Positions 46,173-57,865 of a stretch of DNA of 64,000 bases are shown here, piece after piece. The stretch is from an uncultured Oscillospiraceae bacterium. GTDB taxonomy: Bacteria; Bacillota; Clostridia; UMGS1883. The DNA lies in assembly GCA_964390145.1 (NCBI GenBank), contig CAYMHB010000001.1, positions 6,389-70,388 of the forward strand. The letters run 5' to 3'. Every line of letters starts with the position of its first letter. The first letter of the stretch is position 1. The notes under the pieces are model-generated. The model saw nothing but the letters and a program-made list of their open reading frames with translations, was not told the DNA's origin and did not search any database. Both the position numbers and the translations under genes were made by a program.

Positions 46173-46903
46173 ACGCAGATATCAAAGGACCAAAAATACT
46201 GTTTGAAATACCCGTTTTGGGTGGTATCCCCATAACAGAAACAATCTTCAACGGTTGGCTTGTGGTAATCGTTGTATCCATTATCTGTTTTATTCTTGGC
46301 CGCAACCTTTCAGTGCGCAATCCTTCAAAAAGACAGATTGTTGCAGAAAAACTTGTTCTTACCCTTAAAAACCTCGTAGAAGAAACAATGGGAGGACATA
46401 ACCTCGTCTTTCTCCCCTACATTGGAGCATTGTTCTCATACTCAATCCTTTCAAGTCTTTCCGGGCTGTTAGGACTTCGCGCTCCTACGGGAGACATCAA
46501 CACAACGATTGGCTTTGCCCTTATAGCATTTTTCCTGATTCAGTTTTACAACATCAAGAACAACGGATTTTTCGGCTATATCAAGGGCTTTTTCGAGCCG
46601 GTGTTCTTTATGGCGCCGCTTAATATCGTAGGCGAAATTGCAAACCCGATTTCAATGGCGTTCCGTCATTTTGGCAACATTGGTAGTGGTATTGTAATAA
46701 CAACGCTTATCTACGGTGCGCTTGCCGCACTGAGCAAATTCGTAATCGGATGGATTCCCGTTATCGGAACAATCCCGATTTTCCAGGCAGGTCTTCCTGC
46801 AATTCTTTCAATTTATTTTGACGTTTTCACAAGTTTCCTGCAGGCATATATTATCAGTATGCTTACAATGGTTTATGTAGGAAACGCCAATCCCGCTGAA
46901 TAA
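46169..46903 (+). CDS. atpB: F0F1 ATP synthase subunit a
   Basis: Polytopic protein with the conserved region ANPISMAFRHFGNIGSGIV (essential Arg) and LQAYIISMLTMVY. Confidence 0.9.
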   Translation: MNADIKGPKILFEIPVLGGIPITETIFNGWLVVIVVSIICFILGRNLSVRNPSKRQIVAEKLVLTLKNLVEETMGGHNLVFLPYIGALFSYSILSSLSGLLGLRAPTGDINTTIGFALIAFFLIQFYNIKNNGFFGYIKGFFEPVFFMAPLNIVGEIANPISMAFRHFGNIGSGIVITTLIYGALAALSKFVIGWIPVIGTIPIFQAGLPAILSIYFDVFTSFLQAYIISMLTMVYVGNANPAE

Positions 46904-46923
46904 AAAACAATTAAAAGATATAA

Positions 46924-47196
<273 letters not shown>

Positions 47197-47205
47197 TAAT
47201 TAAAG

Positions 47206-47232
47206 CCAAGGCGGAGCATCGTTCCGCCTTGG
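47206..47232 (+). other. Intra-operon stem-loop between atpE and atpF
   Basis: Perfect 10-bp GC-rich stem ccaaggcgga / tccgccttgg with a 7-nt loop. No downstream U-tract (aaaaatc follows). Confidence 0.5.
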
Positions 47233-47259
47233 AAAAATCTTTATGAGGAGGCGAAGAAA

Positions 47260-47766
47260 ATGGAGAAATTTCAGGAATTCGTAGCGATTGCCCCGTGGAC
47301 AATGATTTTCACGTGGGTAAACTTGATAATCCTTGTTTTTGTGATGAAAAAACTTCTTTTTAAGCCCGTTATGAATATGCTCAAGGCTCGCGATGAAGAA
47401 GTTAATACAATGTACTCCAAGGCTGAAGAAGCGCAGAAAAACGCCGAAACACTTGAAGCAGAATACACAGAAAAGCTTTCTTCTGCAAAGGAAGAGGCAG
47501 CAAAAATTATGAAGGACGCAAAGCACGATGCGACACTTCGCGGCGAGGAAATCGTTGGAGGAGCAAAGCGCGAAGCATCGGCAATTCTTGAAAAAGCACA
47601 AAAAGAAATCGAGCGCGAAAAAGAATCTGCAATAAATGAAATTAAGAGCGACATTGCCAATATTGCTGTTGACATCGCGCAAAAGGTCATCCAGAAAGAC
47701 CTACATGAAAAAGACCACGAAAAGCTTGTAGAAGAGTTCATAGACGGTTGGGGTGAAAACAAATGA
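47260..47766 (+). CDS. atpF: F0F1 ATP synthase subunit b
   Basis: N-terminal TM helix followed by a long K/E/A-rich helix. 168 aa. Confidence 0.85.
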   Translation: MEKFQEFVAIAPWTMIFTWVNLIILVFVMKKLLFKPVMNMLKARDEEVNTMYSKAEEAQKNAETLEAEYTEKLSSAKEEAAKIMKDAKHDATLRGEEIVGGAKREASAILEKAQKEIEREKESAINEIKSDIANIAVDIAQKVIQKDLHEKDHEKLVEEFIDGWGENK

Positions 47767-48302
47767 AATCATTGGCACTGACTTATGCTCATTCATTGTT
47801 CTCACTCGCCGAGGATGAGGGACTTGTAGAGAAAATTTATGAGGAGCTTACCGGTATTGCGGAGATTTTTTCCCAAAACCCCGATTACGAAGTTCTTCTT
47901 GACTCCCCTACTATCCCTGTCGAAAAGCGTTTTGAACTTATCGATGAAGCTTTTGCACCATATATGGAGTATGTCGTAAATCTTATAAAAATACTTTGCG
48001 AGAAAAGACGTATTCACATTTTGCGCGACTGCGCGAAAGAATATGATAAACTTTATTATGAAAAGCTCGGTATTAAGCGTGTTACCGCTATAACTGCCAC
48101 TTCTCTCAGCGATGAACTTCGCGAAAAGCTTGTAAAAAAGCTTGAGGCGCAGTGGGACGCGAAAATCGAACTTACACAAAAAGTTGACCCCTCAATTCTC
48201 GGTGGTATTGTTTTAAGAACTGACAACTCGCAGACGGATGCAAGTGTGCGCACAAAACTTGAACGGTTAAAGGCGCAGATTGCTTCCAATGACTTTAGAT
48301 AG
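47763..48302 (+). CDS. atpH: F0F1 ATP synthase subunit delta
   Basis: 179 aa, OSCP-like ([13 protein letters not shown]..., [18 protein letters not shown]). 4-nt overlap with atpF. Confidence 0.85.
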   Translation: MKSLALTYAHSLFSLAEDEGLVEKIYEELTGIAEIFSQNPDYEVLLDSPTIPVEKRFELIDEAFAPYMEYVVNLIKILCEKRRIHILRDCAKEYDKLYYEKLGIKRVTAITATSLSDELREKLVKKLEAQWDAKIELTQKVDPSILGGIVLRTDNSQTDASVRTKLERLKAQIASNDFR

Positions 48303-48313
48303 AAGGTGAAATT

Positions 48314-49828
48314 ATGCAGCTTAAATCTGATGAAATCAGCAAAATCATAAAAGACCAGATTAAGAATTTTTCAAATAAAATCGAGCAGAAAGAAACCGGC
48401 TATGTTGTTGAAGTTGGTGACGGTATTGCAAAGGTAAAAGGTCTTGACAACTGTATGAGTAATGAACTTGTAGAGTTTGAAAACGGCGAAGTTGCAATGG
48501 CACTTAACCTTGAAGAAAACCTTGTAAGCCTTGTTATTCTCGGTTCTGACGGAGAAATCCGTGAGGGCGATATCGTAAAGCGCACAGGCACTGTTGTAAG
48601 CGTTCCCGTAGGCGAAGGTATGATTGGTCGAGTAGTAAATGCTCTTGGTCAGCCTATCGACGGCAAGGGTGATATTAAAACCACCGAGCGCCGTCCTGTT
48701 GAATCACCGGCTCCCGGTATTATTGAAAGAAAATCTGTAAGCGTTCCGCTCCAGACAGGAATCAAGGCGATTGACTCCATGATTCCTATCGGCCGCGGTC
48801 AGCGTGAACTTATAATCGGCGACAGACAGACAGGTAAATCTACTATCGGTATTGATACTATCATCAATCAGAAGGGCAAGGATGTTATCTGTATCTACGT
48901 TGCTATCGGTCAGAAGAAATCTACCGTTGCACAGCTTGTTGACACTCTTGAAAAGAGTGGTGCGATGGATTATACAACAGTAGTTGCCGCTACTGCGAGC
49001 GAGCTTGCTCCCATGCAGTATATTGCGCCCTATGCAGGTTGTGCTATCGGCGAATACTTTATGTATCAGGGTAAAGATGTTCTTGTTATATACGACGACC
49101 TTTCAAAGCATGCGGTAGCATACCGTGCACTCTCACTTCTTATCCGCCGTCCCCCGGGACGAGAGGCGTATCCCGGCGATGTATTCTATCTTCATTCAAG
49201 ACTTCTTGAGCGTGCTGCCCGCCTTTCCGAAGAATACGGCGGAGGTTCGCTTACTGCACTTCCCATTATTGAGACACAGGCAGGGGACGTATCAGCATAC
49301 ATCCCCACAAATGTAATCTCGATTACAGACGGTCAGATATTCCTTGAAACTGAACTTTTCCATTCCGGCGTAATGCCCGCTGTTAACCCAGGCATCTCAG
49401 TCAGCCGTGTTGGTGGTAATGCGCAGATTAAGGCGATGAAAAAGGTTGCAGGTACTCTTAAACTTGCATATTCACAGTACCGTGAACTCCAGTCATTTGC
49501 ACAGTTCGGCAGCGACCTTGACCCCGACACAAAGGCAAGACTTGAACAGGGCGAAAGAATCGTTGAGGTTCTTAAGCAGGATAGAAATTCTCCTGTAAGC
49601 GTTGAGCATCAGGTTATTATAATCTATGCCGTTACAAACGGTTTCTTAAAGGATATTGCACCCTCTGATGTAAGAGAATTTGAAAAAACTCTTTACGAAT
49701 ATGTTGATAACACATATCCCAAAATTGCTCAGGCTATTGCACAAACAGGAGCGCTTTCCGAAGAGACTGAAGAAATGATTAAGGAAGCAGTTTCTCAATG
49801 CGTAGAAAAATTTCTCGCTCGCAAATGA
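48314..49828 (+). CDS. atpA: F0F1 ATP synthase subunit alpha
   Basis: Walker A GDRQTGKS and [21 protein letters not shown]. 504 aa. Confidence 0.95.
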   Translation: MQLKSDEISKIIKDQIKNFSNKIEQKETGYVVEVGDGIAKVKGLDNCMSNELVEFENGEVAMALNLEENLVSLVILGSDGEIREGDIVKRTGTVVSVPVGEGMIGRVVNALGQPIDGKGDIKTTERRPVESPAPGIIERKSVSVPLQTGIKAIDSMIPIGRGQRELIIGDRQTGKSTIGIDTIINQKGKDVICIYVAIGQKKSTVAQLVDTLEKSGAMDYTTVVAATASELAPMQYIAPYAGCAIGEYFMYQGKDVLVIYDDLSKHAVAYRALSLLIRRPPGREAYPGDVFYLHSRLLERAARLSEEYGGGSLTALPIIETQAGDVSAYIPTNVISITDGQIFLETELFHSGVMPAVNPGISVSRVGGNAQIKAMKKVAGTLKLAYSQYRELQSFAQFGSDLDPDTKARLEQGERIVEVLKQDRNSPVSVEHQVIIIYAVTNGFLKDIAPSDVREFEKTLYEYVDNTYPKIAQAIAQTGALSEETEEMIKEAVSQCVEKFLARK

Positions 49829-49839
49829 GGTGAAGCACA

Positions 49840-50673
49840 ATGCCTTCAATGAAAGCAATAAAAAACAGAATAAAAAGCGTTGAAAACACCCGCCAGATTA
49901 CAAAGGCGATGCAACTTGTTGCGACAAGTAAGATGAAAAAGGCAAAGGAGCGAATCGAAATGAGCCGTCCTTTCTTTGAAATCTTATCGGAAACTCTTTC
50001 CGATATTGCATCAAGTGCGAAGGATTTTTCCTCCCCTTTCACTGCAAAGGAAAAGGAAGGAAAGGCTTGTCATATTGTTATTGCCGGCGACAGAGGTCTG
50101 GCAGGCGGATACAACAACAATCTTTTTAAATCAATAAATTACAGCGACGGAGATATTATTTTCCCCATCGGTAAAAAAGTTGTGGAATATTTTGCAAAAA
50201 AGGATGTAACAATCTTTACAACCGAGTATCAGATTGCCGCAGACGTAAGTATCAGCGACTGCAACAGTATCGGCAAGGCACTTACGGAGGCATTTCTGAA
50301 GGGTGAATTCACATCCATTGATATTTATTATACGGGGTTTGTTAACATTATCTCTCAGGTACCTTCTTCCAAAAAGATTCTGCCTATTACACCTTCTGAG
50401 GGAACTGTGCAGAAAAAGAAGCTTATCGAGTATGACCCCGATCCCACATCGGTTTACGGCAAAATTGTTCCTCACTATATCAGCGGTATAGTATGGGGCG
50501 GTGTATGTGAATCAATTGCATCCGAACTTTCTGCACGCCGAATGGCAATGGAAAGTGCGACCGATAACGCAGGCGAAATTATTGAAAATCTTTCTCTCAC
50601 ATACAACAGAGCCAGACAGGCGGCAATAACTCAAGAGATAACTGAGATAGTCGCAGGTTCACAAAACGGCTGA
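49840..50673 (+). CDS. atpG: F0F1 ATP synthase subunit gamma
   Basis: MPSMKAIKNRIKSVENTRQITKAMQLVATSKM... and C-terminal NRARQAAITQEITEIVAG. Confidence 0.95.
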   Translation: MPSMKAIKNRIKSVENTRQITKAMQLVATSKMKKAKERIEMSRPFFEILSETLSDIASSAKDFSSPFTAKEKEGKACHIVIAGDRGLAGGYNNNLFKSINYSDGDIIFPIGKKVVEYFAKKDVTIFTTEYQIAADVSISDCNSIGKALTEAFLKGEFTSIDIYYTGFVNIISQVPSSKKILPITPSEGTVQKKKLIEYDPDPTSVYGKIVPHYISGIVWGGVCESIASELSARRMAMESATDNAGEIIENLSLTYNRARQAAITQEITEIVAGSQNG

Positions 50674-50695
50674 TAACCCGCTCTATAATTCCTAA

Positions 50696-52108
<1,413 letters not shown>

Positions 52109-52112
52109 TATT

Positions 52113-52511
52113 ATGAATGAATTTGATTTGCAAATAGTTACCCCCGACGGACTTATGTTCGAGGGTAAGGCGCAGAAAATCATCGTTCGTACTACCGAGG
52201 GCGATGTTGGGATTCTTGCAAAACATACAAACTATGTTGCCGCACTTGCAATTGGTGTTGCCCGCATTTTCACCCAGGAGGGCGAGCGCAAGGGCGCATG
52301 TGCAGGCGGTATGCTCAGCGTGACTGACGGTGCTGTAAGAATTGCCGCATCGACTTTTGAGTGGGGCGAGGATATCGATGTTGACCGCGCTAAAAGGGCG
52401 AAGGAAAAGGCTGAAAAAAGACTTGCCGAATCAAAGCAAAGTGAGTTTGAGCATAATCTGGCAGAAATTAAGCTTAAAAAGTCTCTTGCAAGACTTAATG
52501 CATCGAAATAA
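52113..52511 (+). CDS. atpC: F0F1 ATP synthase subunit epsilon
   Basis: 132 aa. A beta-sandwich N-domain plus a helical C-domain. Position follows atpD. Confidence 0.9.
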   Translation: MNEFDLQIVTPDGLMFEGKAQKIIVRTTEGDVGILAKHTNYVAALAIGVARIFTQEGERKGACAGGMLSVTDGAVRIAASTFEWGEDIDVDRAKRAKEKAEKRLAESKQSEFEHNLAEIKLKKSLARLNASK

Positions 52512-52517
52512 CCAAAA

Positions 52518-52548
52518 GACTGTGACAATTTCTTGTCACAGTCTTTTT
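52518..52548 (+). terminator. Rho-independent terminator after atpC
   Basis: Stem gactgtgaca / tgtcacagtc with a 6-nt loop, followed by TTTTT. Confidence 0.7.
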
Positions 52549-52559
52549 AGGAGAATTAT

Positions 52560-53309
52560 ATGGAATTTATTACTACACCCTATCTTCCGAAAAGCAAAGT
52601 TTCGCTTTTTATAGCCGACTGCGAAATTGAAGACGCGAAGGTTATTACACCGCCGCCTATTGATGTGCTTGTGCCGTCTATGCGCCGTCATGCCGATTTG
52701 GGCATTGTAATTGTCAGTGAGAAAAAGGCAGTTTGCGCTCCCGAGACGTATGATTACTATAAAAATGCGCTCGCTCCTTACGGATTTGAGGTTATTATGG
52801 GAAAAAAGAGCGTCGGTAGTAACTACCCGCTGGACTGTGCATATAATGTTGGTATAGTTGGGAAAAAATGTTTTTTAAACAAAAGCGTATGTGACGGGCG
52901 TTTATTTGAAATACTTATCAGCGAGGGTTATGAGCTTATCGAGGTTAAGCAGGGATATACAAAATGCTCTATCTGCCCGATTGATGAAAATTCGTTTATA
53001 ACGAGTGACAGCGCCATTGCGCAGGAGGGTTTGAAAAGGGGCATGGACGCTCTTTTGGTAGAAAATGAGGGGATTTTGCTTCCTCCGTTCGAAAACGGAT
53101 TCTGGGGCGGATGCTGTGGCATGGGAGACTCTGATATACTCTTTGTTAACGGTGATATTTCGCTGATTGGGTCGGGTAGTAAAATAAAGGAATTTCTTGA
53201 CCGCAAAAACATAAAAATACAAAAATCCAAGGAAGGAAAAATTTTAGATATAGGCTCGATTATACCTCTGATGACAAAGCACACGGGAGCTAAGCCCTGT
53301 ATGCCTTAA
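52560..53309 (+). CDS. Hypothetical conserved protein (249 aa), no confident family assignment
   Basis: AGGAG RBS, soluble, with a Cys-containing GFWGGCCGMGDSD segment. Codon usage looks like neighbouring genes. I do not recognise a domain. Confidence 0.5.
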   Translation: MEFITTPYLPKSKVSLFIADCEIEDAKVITPPPIDVLVPSMRRHADLGIVIVSEKKAVCAPETYDYYKNALAPYGFEVIMGKKSVGSNYPLDCAYNVGIVGKKCFLNKSVCDGRLFEILISEGYELIEVKQGYTKCSICPIDENSFITSDSAIAQEGLKRGMDALLVENEGILLPPFENGFWGGCCGMGDSDILFVNGDISLIGSGSKIKEFLDRKNIKIQKSKEGKILDIGSIIPLMTKHTGAKPCMP

Positions 53310-53450
53310 ATTTGTAAAATTTGCACACTTTTCATTTATCGTCCTCAGAGGCTATTTTCAAGAGATTTTGCGCAGCATCAACCAAAATTGACATCTTAAA
53401 ACCATACTGGGCTCGGATCCCGTGTGCTTACATACTGGAGGTGATAATTC

Positions 53451-54143
53451 TTGGAATTAAATACTGCTGTCAATCTGCCTAAAGGGTCGGATGTTTACGA
53501 ATTTGCAATGCAGATTACAGGAGAAATTATGTCGCGGTACGAAAAACCGCTACTCAGAAAAATTACGGAAAGCGAGTTTTATTATTCTCCCCCAAGCGAA
53601 AGAGCTGAGATACTCGGTATTGCATTAAAACACGCAAGCGGTGAAGGTCCGAACGCGATGGATGCAATTCATTATGAAAGGCGTAAGGCTCTTATTCGCG
53701 AGCAGGCGGAGGAATATCTCAAAGAAAATAATTATATAATAATAAACGGATTTGTGAATTTCAGACTTGAGGATTACAAAAACGAACTCAAAAATCTCTG
53801 TCACGATGCGGCAGAGGAGCTCTACGCGATGCGCGAATATGACGAGTTTTTGAATATGCTCAGTTTCTTTATATCGGTTCAGTCGCCCAAGGAGACACTC
53901 GTTCATATTGTAAAAAAAGACGGCGTTTTGCGTATTCTTAATAAAAGGCATAAGGATATTACAGGTCATTATTGCGAGGAAGCTATTTTCACATGCGAGG
54001 ATTTTGGCGCGGAGGATATTCTGTTGAGTGCACTTATAACAATATCTCCGAGGAAAATTGTAATTCACGATTTAAAAGAAAATGAGCGTATCTACGATAC
54101 GATTGCAAGCGTATTTCCCGATGTGGAATTTACGGCTGAATAA
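53451..54143 (+). CDS. ytxC: Sporulation protein YtxC-like
   Basis: TTG start with GGAGGTG 7 nt upstream. IINGFVNFRLEDYKNELKNLCHDAAEELYAMREYDEFLNMLSFFISVQ resembles the YtxC family core. Confidence 0.55.
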   Translation: MELNTAVNLPKGSDVYEFAMQITGEIMSRYEKPLLRKITESEFYYSPPSERAEILGIALKHASGEGPNAMDAIHYERRKALIREQAEEYLKENNYIIINGFVNFRLEDYKNELKNLCHDAAEELYAMREYDEFLNMLSFFISVQSPKETLVHIVKKDGVLRILNKRHKDITGHYCEEAIFTCEDFGAEDILLSALITISPRKIVIHDLKENERIYDTIASVFPDVEFTAE

Positions 54144-54185
54144 ATGGCGGAGAGCGCAATTTGCGCTTTCCGTTTCCAATAAGCG

Positions 54186-54222
54186 GACGGGGCACTTTTT
54201 GTGTAACAAAAAGTGCCCCGTC
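54186..54222 (+). terminator. Strong stem-loop downstream of ytxC (terminator-like, no clear U-tract)
   Basis: Perfect 15-bp stem gacggggcacttttt / aaaaagtgccccgtc with a 7-nt loop. Confidence 0.4.
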
Positions 54223-54246
54223 CCCAAATTGTACAGCATAATTTGC

Positions 54247-54275
54247 TTGACGGAAAAAGGTATTGGTAGTATAAT
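54247..54275 (+). promoter_or_regulatory. Putative sigma-A promoter for the ACT/UPF0210 gene pair
   Basis: TTGACG (54247-54252), a 17-nt spacer, then TATAAT (54270-54275), about 40 nt upstream of ATG 54315. Confidence 0.55.
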
Positions 54276-54314
54276 AATTTTTAAGCTATAAATATGACAA
54301 AGGAGTAATTACAG

Positions 54315-54584
54315 ATGAGAGCAGTTGTTTCAGTTATGGGTGTTGACCAGACAGGTATCATTGCTAAAGTAAGCGGTTGCCTTTATAACAACAAGGTTAA
54401 CATTCTTGACATAAATCAGACTATTATGCAGAACATTTTCACAATGGTGATGCTTGTGGAATTTAACAAAGATTCAGACAACTACAATGCCGTTATGACA
54501 GACCTTGATGCAATAGGCAAGGAAATCGGCGTTGAAATAAGAATGCAGAATGAAGATATATTCAACTCTATGCACAGAATATAA
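54315..54584 (+). CDS. ACT domain-containing protein (UPF0237 family)
   Basis: 89 aa. MRAVVSVMGVDQTGIIAKVSG... is typical of the ACT protein paired with UPF0210. Confidence 0.8.
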   Translation: MRAVVSVMGVDQTGIIAKVSGCLYNNKVNILDINQTIMQNIFTMVMLVEFNKDSDNYNAVMTDLDAIGKEIGVEIRMQNEDIFNSMHRI

Positions 54585-54596
54585 GAGGTTTTTAAA

Positions 54597-55955
54597 ATGA
54601 TAAATACAAGAGAAATTGTAGAAACAATCAAAATGATCAGCGATGAGCATCTTGATGTAAGAACAATAACCATGGGAATTTCCCTGCTTGACTGCATCGA
54701 CAGCAGTGCAGAGAAGGCTTGTGAAAAGATTTATGCGAAAATCACCCGTCTTGCAAAGGACCTTGTGAAAACAGGCGAGGATATCAGCCGTCAGTACGGA
54801 ATCCCGATTATAAACAAGCGTATTTCAGTTACCCCTATTTCTATTATCGCAGGCGCGAGTGATGCGGAGAGCTATGTCTGCTTTGCACAAACTCTTGACC
54901 GTGCGGCAAAGGATACGGGCGTAAACTTTATCGGAGGTTTTTCTGCTCTTGTGCAGAAAGGCTTTACAAAAGGTGACAGAATCCTTATCGAATCTATCCC
55001 CGAGGCACTTGCAAAGACTGAGCGCGTTTGCTCGTCAGTTTGTGTTGCTTCCACAAAAGCAGGTATCAATATGAATGCCGTAAAGCTTATGGGTGAAACT
55101 ATCAAAAAGACTGCAGAGTTGACTGCTGACAACGATTCATTCGGTTGCGCTAAACTTGTTGTTTTCGCAAATGCGGTTGAGGATAACCCCTTTATGGCAG
55201 GTGCATTCCATGGCGTTGGTGAGGGCGACTGCGTAATCAATGTCGGCGTCAGCGGTCCCGGTGTTGTTAAAGCGGCGCTTGCGAAAGCAAAGGGAAAAGA
55301 TTTTGGCACAGTTGCAGAAACAATCAAAAAAACTGCTTTCAAAATTACCCGTATGGGACAACTTGTTGCTCAGGAAGCGTCAAAGAGACTTGGCGTTCCG
55401 TTTGGTATAGTTGACCTCTCCCTTGCTCCTACTCCTGAGGTCGGCGACAGTGTTGCGTATATACTTGAGGAAATGGGACTTGAAAAGTGCGGCACGCATG
55501 GCACAACGGCGGCGCTTGCACTTCTTAACGATGCAGTTAAAAAGGGCGGTGTTATGGCGTCAAGCTATGTAGGAGGTTTAAGCGGTGCATTCATCCCCGT
55601 CAGTGAAGACGCAGGTATGATTGCGGCGGCAGAGTGCGGAACGCTTACCCTTGATAAGCTTGAAGCGATGACTTGTGTGTGCTCGGTTGGTCTTGATATG
55701 ATTGCCATTCCCGGAGATACTCCTGCAGAGACGATTTCCGCAATTATTGCAGACGAATCGGCTATCGGTATGATTAACCAGAAAACAACTGCCGTAAGAA
55801 TTATTCCCGTTGTCGGCAAAACTGTAGGTGAAAGCGTTGAATTCGGTGGTCTCTTGGGTTATGCACCCATTATGCCCGTACATAAAGAATCAAGCGCAGA
55901 ATTCATCCACCGCGGCGGAAGAATTCCTGCTCCTATCCACAGTTTGAAAAATTAA
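54597..55955 (+). CDS. PFL-like UPF0210/DUF711 family protein
   Basis: 452 aa. [40 protein letters not shown]. Conserved pairing with the upstream ACT protein. Confidence 0.8.
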   Translation: MINTREIVETIKMISDEHLDVRTITMGISLLDCIDSSAEKACEKIYAKITRLAKDLVKTGEDISRQYGIPIINKRISVTPISIIAGASDAESYVCFAQTLDRAAKDTGVNFIGGFSALVQKGFTKGDRILIESIPEALAKTERVCSSVCVASTKAGINMNAVKLMGETIKKTAELTADNDSFGCAKLVVFANAVEDNPFMAGAFHGVGEGDCVINVGVSGPGVVKAALAKAKGKDFGTVAETIKKTAFKITRMGQLVAQEASKRLGVPFGIVDLSLAPTPEVGDSVAYILEEMGLEKCGTHGTTAALALLNDAVKKGGVMASSYVGGLSGAFIPVSEDAGMIAAAECGTLTLDKLEAMTCVCSVGLDMIAIPGDTPAETISAIIADESAIGMINQKTTAVRIIPVVGKTVGESVEFGGLLGYAPIMPVHKESSAEFIHRGGRIPAPIHSLKN

Positions 55956-55965
55956 ATTGCATAAA

Positions 55966-55996
55966 ACGCTCCTGACATTGTCAGGAGCGTTTTTTT
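55966..55996. terminator. Bidirectional terminator between the UPF0210 gene (+) and the LRR surface protein gene (-)
   Basis: Stem acgctcctga / tcaggagcgt with a 5-nt loop. T6 follows on the plus strand, and an A/T-rich tract on the other side. Confidence 0.75.
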
Positions 55997-57854
55997 ACTG
56001 TACTGTTTTTATAATTGAATTACACAAAGGAGTAATTCTTTCAAAGTCTGACCAGCAAAATGCTTTAACGGTATATCTTTCGGCAGTCGGCAACTTTTCA
56101 AAAGTATGTGACACGGTTTCAGACACATCTTCATAATAAAAATCAAGCATAGTATTTTCGGAGTAAACAGTTATTAAAACCTTTCCGTTTTGAGTTTGTA
56201 AATCTGTATTGAGAACAACGGATACATCAAGGGTTTTGTTTTCTGATGAGTAAACCGTGTTTTCCAGTACTATAATCGGGCTTGAGTAATCGCGCGCTAT
56301 GTATACTCCTGCGGTCTTGTCAGGCACTTCCAACGGAGCATATATTTTTCCGTCAGGGGTTTCCCAATAGGTATTCGTAATGCTTGCCGAGGATTTTGTG
56401 GGCATTTTGAACATATAGTTTTCGTTTGTGTTTGTTCCATCACCGTTAAAGCTGAAATTCTCGCCGAGAATGACTTTTTCAAGTGCGGGGTTGCCTGCAT
56501 TTTCTCCGCCAAAGAAGCCCTTCATTGTGTAAGAATAGGTGTTATTTTCGCTGATTTTTACTCCGTTCTTGGCTTTTCGGGTATCAAAGTTACTGAGGTT
56601 TACCTCTTTTATTTTATACGCATTCCAGAACATTTCGTGGAAAGTGATTCCGTTTGAAGTGTCAAAATTCTCAAGGCCTATAATTTCTTCTATAGCACAA
56701 CCTTCAAACATCTGGGAGAATACTTTTACATTACTCGTATCGAAATGAGAAACGTCAAGAACGGGATTCTGGATCTGATAAAACATTGCATTCATATTTA
56801 CCGCTGACGAAGTATCCCAATTTTTAACCGCGTCCTTACCGCCGACAAGCGTTATTACCGAATGGCAGAATATATGGTCAAATGATGTAACTTTACCTGT
56901 TTCAAAATTCCTTAAATCAAGAGTTTTCAATTTGGGACATTGGTAGAACATAAAACTGAGATCGGTAACATTACCGATGTCAAAGTTTTCAAGTCCTTCA
57001 ATTTTGGTTAATGCTTCACACAACTGGAACATAGAACTCATTGTATTTACGTTGGATGTGTCCCAGTTTTTAAGATTAACCGTTTTGAGATTGGTGCATT
57101 TATTAAACATACCGAAAGTCGATTCAAGGGAACTTGTGTCCCAAGTGCTTAAATCTATTTCTGTTAACGAAGAACACGTATTGAACATGGCTCTCATCTC
57201 TGTTACATTATCTGTATCCCAATTAGTTAAATCTAAGGTTGTAAGTTTTGAGCAGGTATTAAATACGCTGTACATTTCTGTTACATTGCTTGTGTCCCAA
57301 GTGCTTACATCCAGCATTTCCAGATTAGAGCAACCCCAGAACATACCTTTCATCTCAATCACTTTGCTTGCGTCGAGTATGTGTGTGTTTGAGATTTCGG
57401 TTATATTTGTAAATTCGTCAGTTCCCAATGTAGAAAAAGCAAATTTGGAATCGGGGTTCATATAAATACGTCCGCTTCCGTCCCCTGCAATAGTAAGTGT
57501 CGTCCCGTTTATATAACACATTATATCATCATCAAGTTCGCTGTCAGCGTTTTGGTCAACTGCGGCGGGCCAACTCTCGGTTGCAGATGAGATAGTCGTT
57601 TCATCTGCGCTGTCTACAATGTTAATCGCTGTTAAGGAGTTTCTCTTTGTATTTCCTGTGTACCATGTATCACTTGCTGCGAGCATTGGGTGATCAAGTT
57701 CTTCCTCTATATGGGCTGTACGGATAGTGTACGCGGTAACATACGGCTCCTTATACGCGACTGTCAAGGGTTTGTTTTCTTCCTCCGCAAGGGCATTTGG
57801 GAGGTACAAAAGAAGTATCAATATTGAAATTAAATATGTGCTGATTTTTTTCAT
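55995..57854 (-). CDS. Secreted BspA-type leucine-rich-repeat surface protein (26-residue repeat family)
   Basis: Signal peptide MKKISTYLISILILLLYLPNALA. About 10 repeats of the pattern MFxxCxxLxxLDLxxWDTSNVTxMxx. Start set at ATG 57854 rather than 57866. Confidence 0.8.
   Translation of the reverse strand: MKKISTYLISILILLLYLPNALAEEENKPLTVAYKEPYVTAYTIRTAHIEEELDHPMLAASDTWYTGNTKRNSLTAINIVDSADETTISSATESWPAAVDQNADSELDDDIMCYINGTTLTIAGDGSGRIYMNPDSKFAFSTLGTDEFTNITEISNTHILDASKVIEMKGMFWGCSNLEMLDVSTWDTSNVTEMYSVFNTCSKLTTLDLTNWDTDNVTEMRAMFNTCSSLTEIDLSTWDTSSLESTFGMFNKCTNLKTVNLKNWDTSNVNTMSSMFQLCEALTKIEGLENFDIGNVTDLSFMFYQCPKLKTLDLRNFETGKVTSFDHIFCHSVITLVGGKDAVKNWDTSSAVNMNAMFYQIQNPVLDVSHFDTSNVKVFSQMFEGCAIEEIIGLENFDTSNGITFHEMFWNAYKIKEVNLSNFDTRKAKNGVKISENNTYSYTMKGFFGGENAGNPALEKVILGENFSFNGDGTNTNENYMFKMPTKSSASITNTYWETPDGKIYAPLEVPDKTAGVYIARDYSSPIIVLENTVYSSENKTLDVSVVLNTDLQTQNGKVLITVYSENTMLDFYYEDVSETVSHTFEKLPTAERYTVKAFCWSDFERITPLCNSIIKTVQ
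56577..57389 (-). repeat. Tandem coding repeats, period about 75-78 nt (about 10 LRR units)
   Basis: The (W/F)DT(S/D)NV motif recurs at protein positions 190, 216, 242, 268, 295, 321, 350, 375, 401 and 426 of the track ORF. Confidence 0.75.
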
Positions 57855-57865
57855 TTTTACCCCCA

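Noticed and set aside
47200-47762. Two long minus-strand ORFs (160 and 163 aa) antisense to atpF.
   Set aside because: atpF is K/E/A-rich and low in stop codons on the opposite strand. The antisense products are Cys/Phe/Ser-rich nonsense with no RBS, and they sit inside a tightly packed atp operon.
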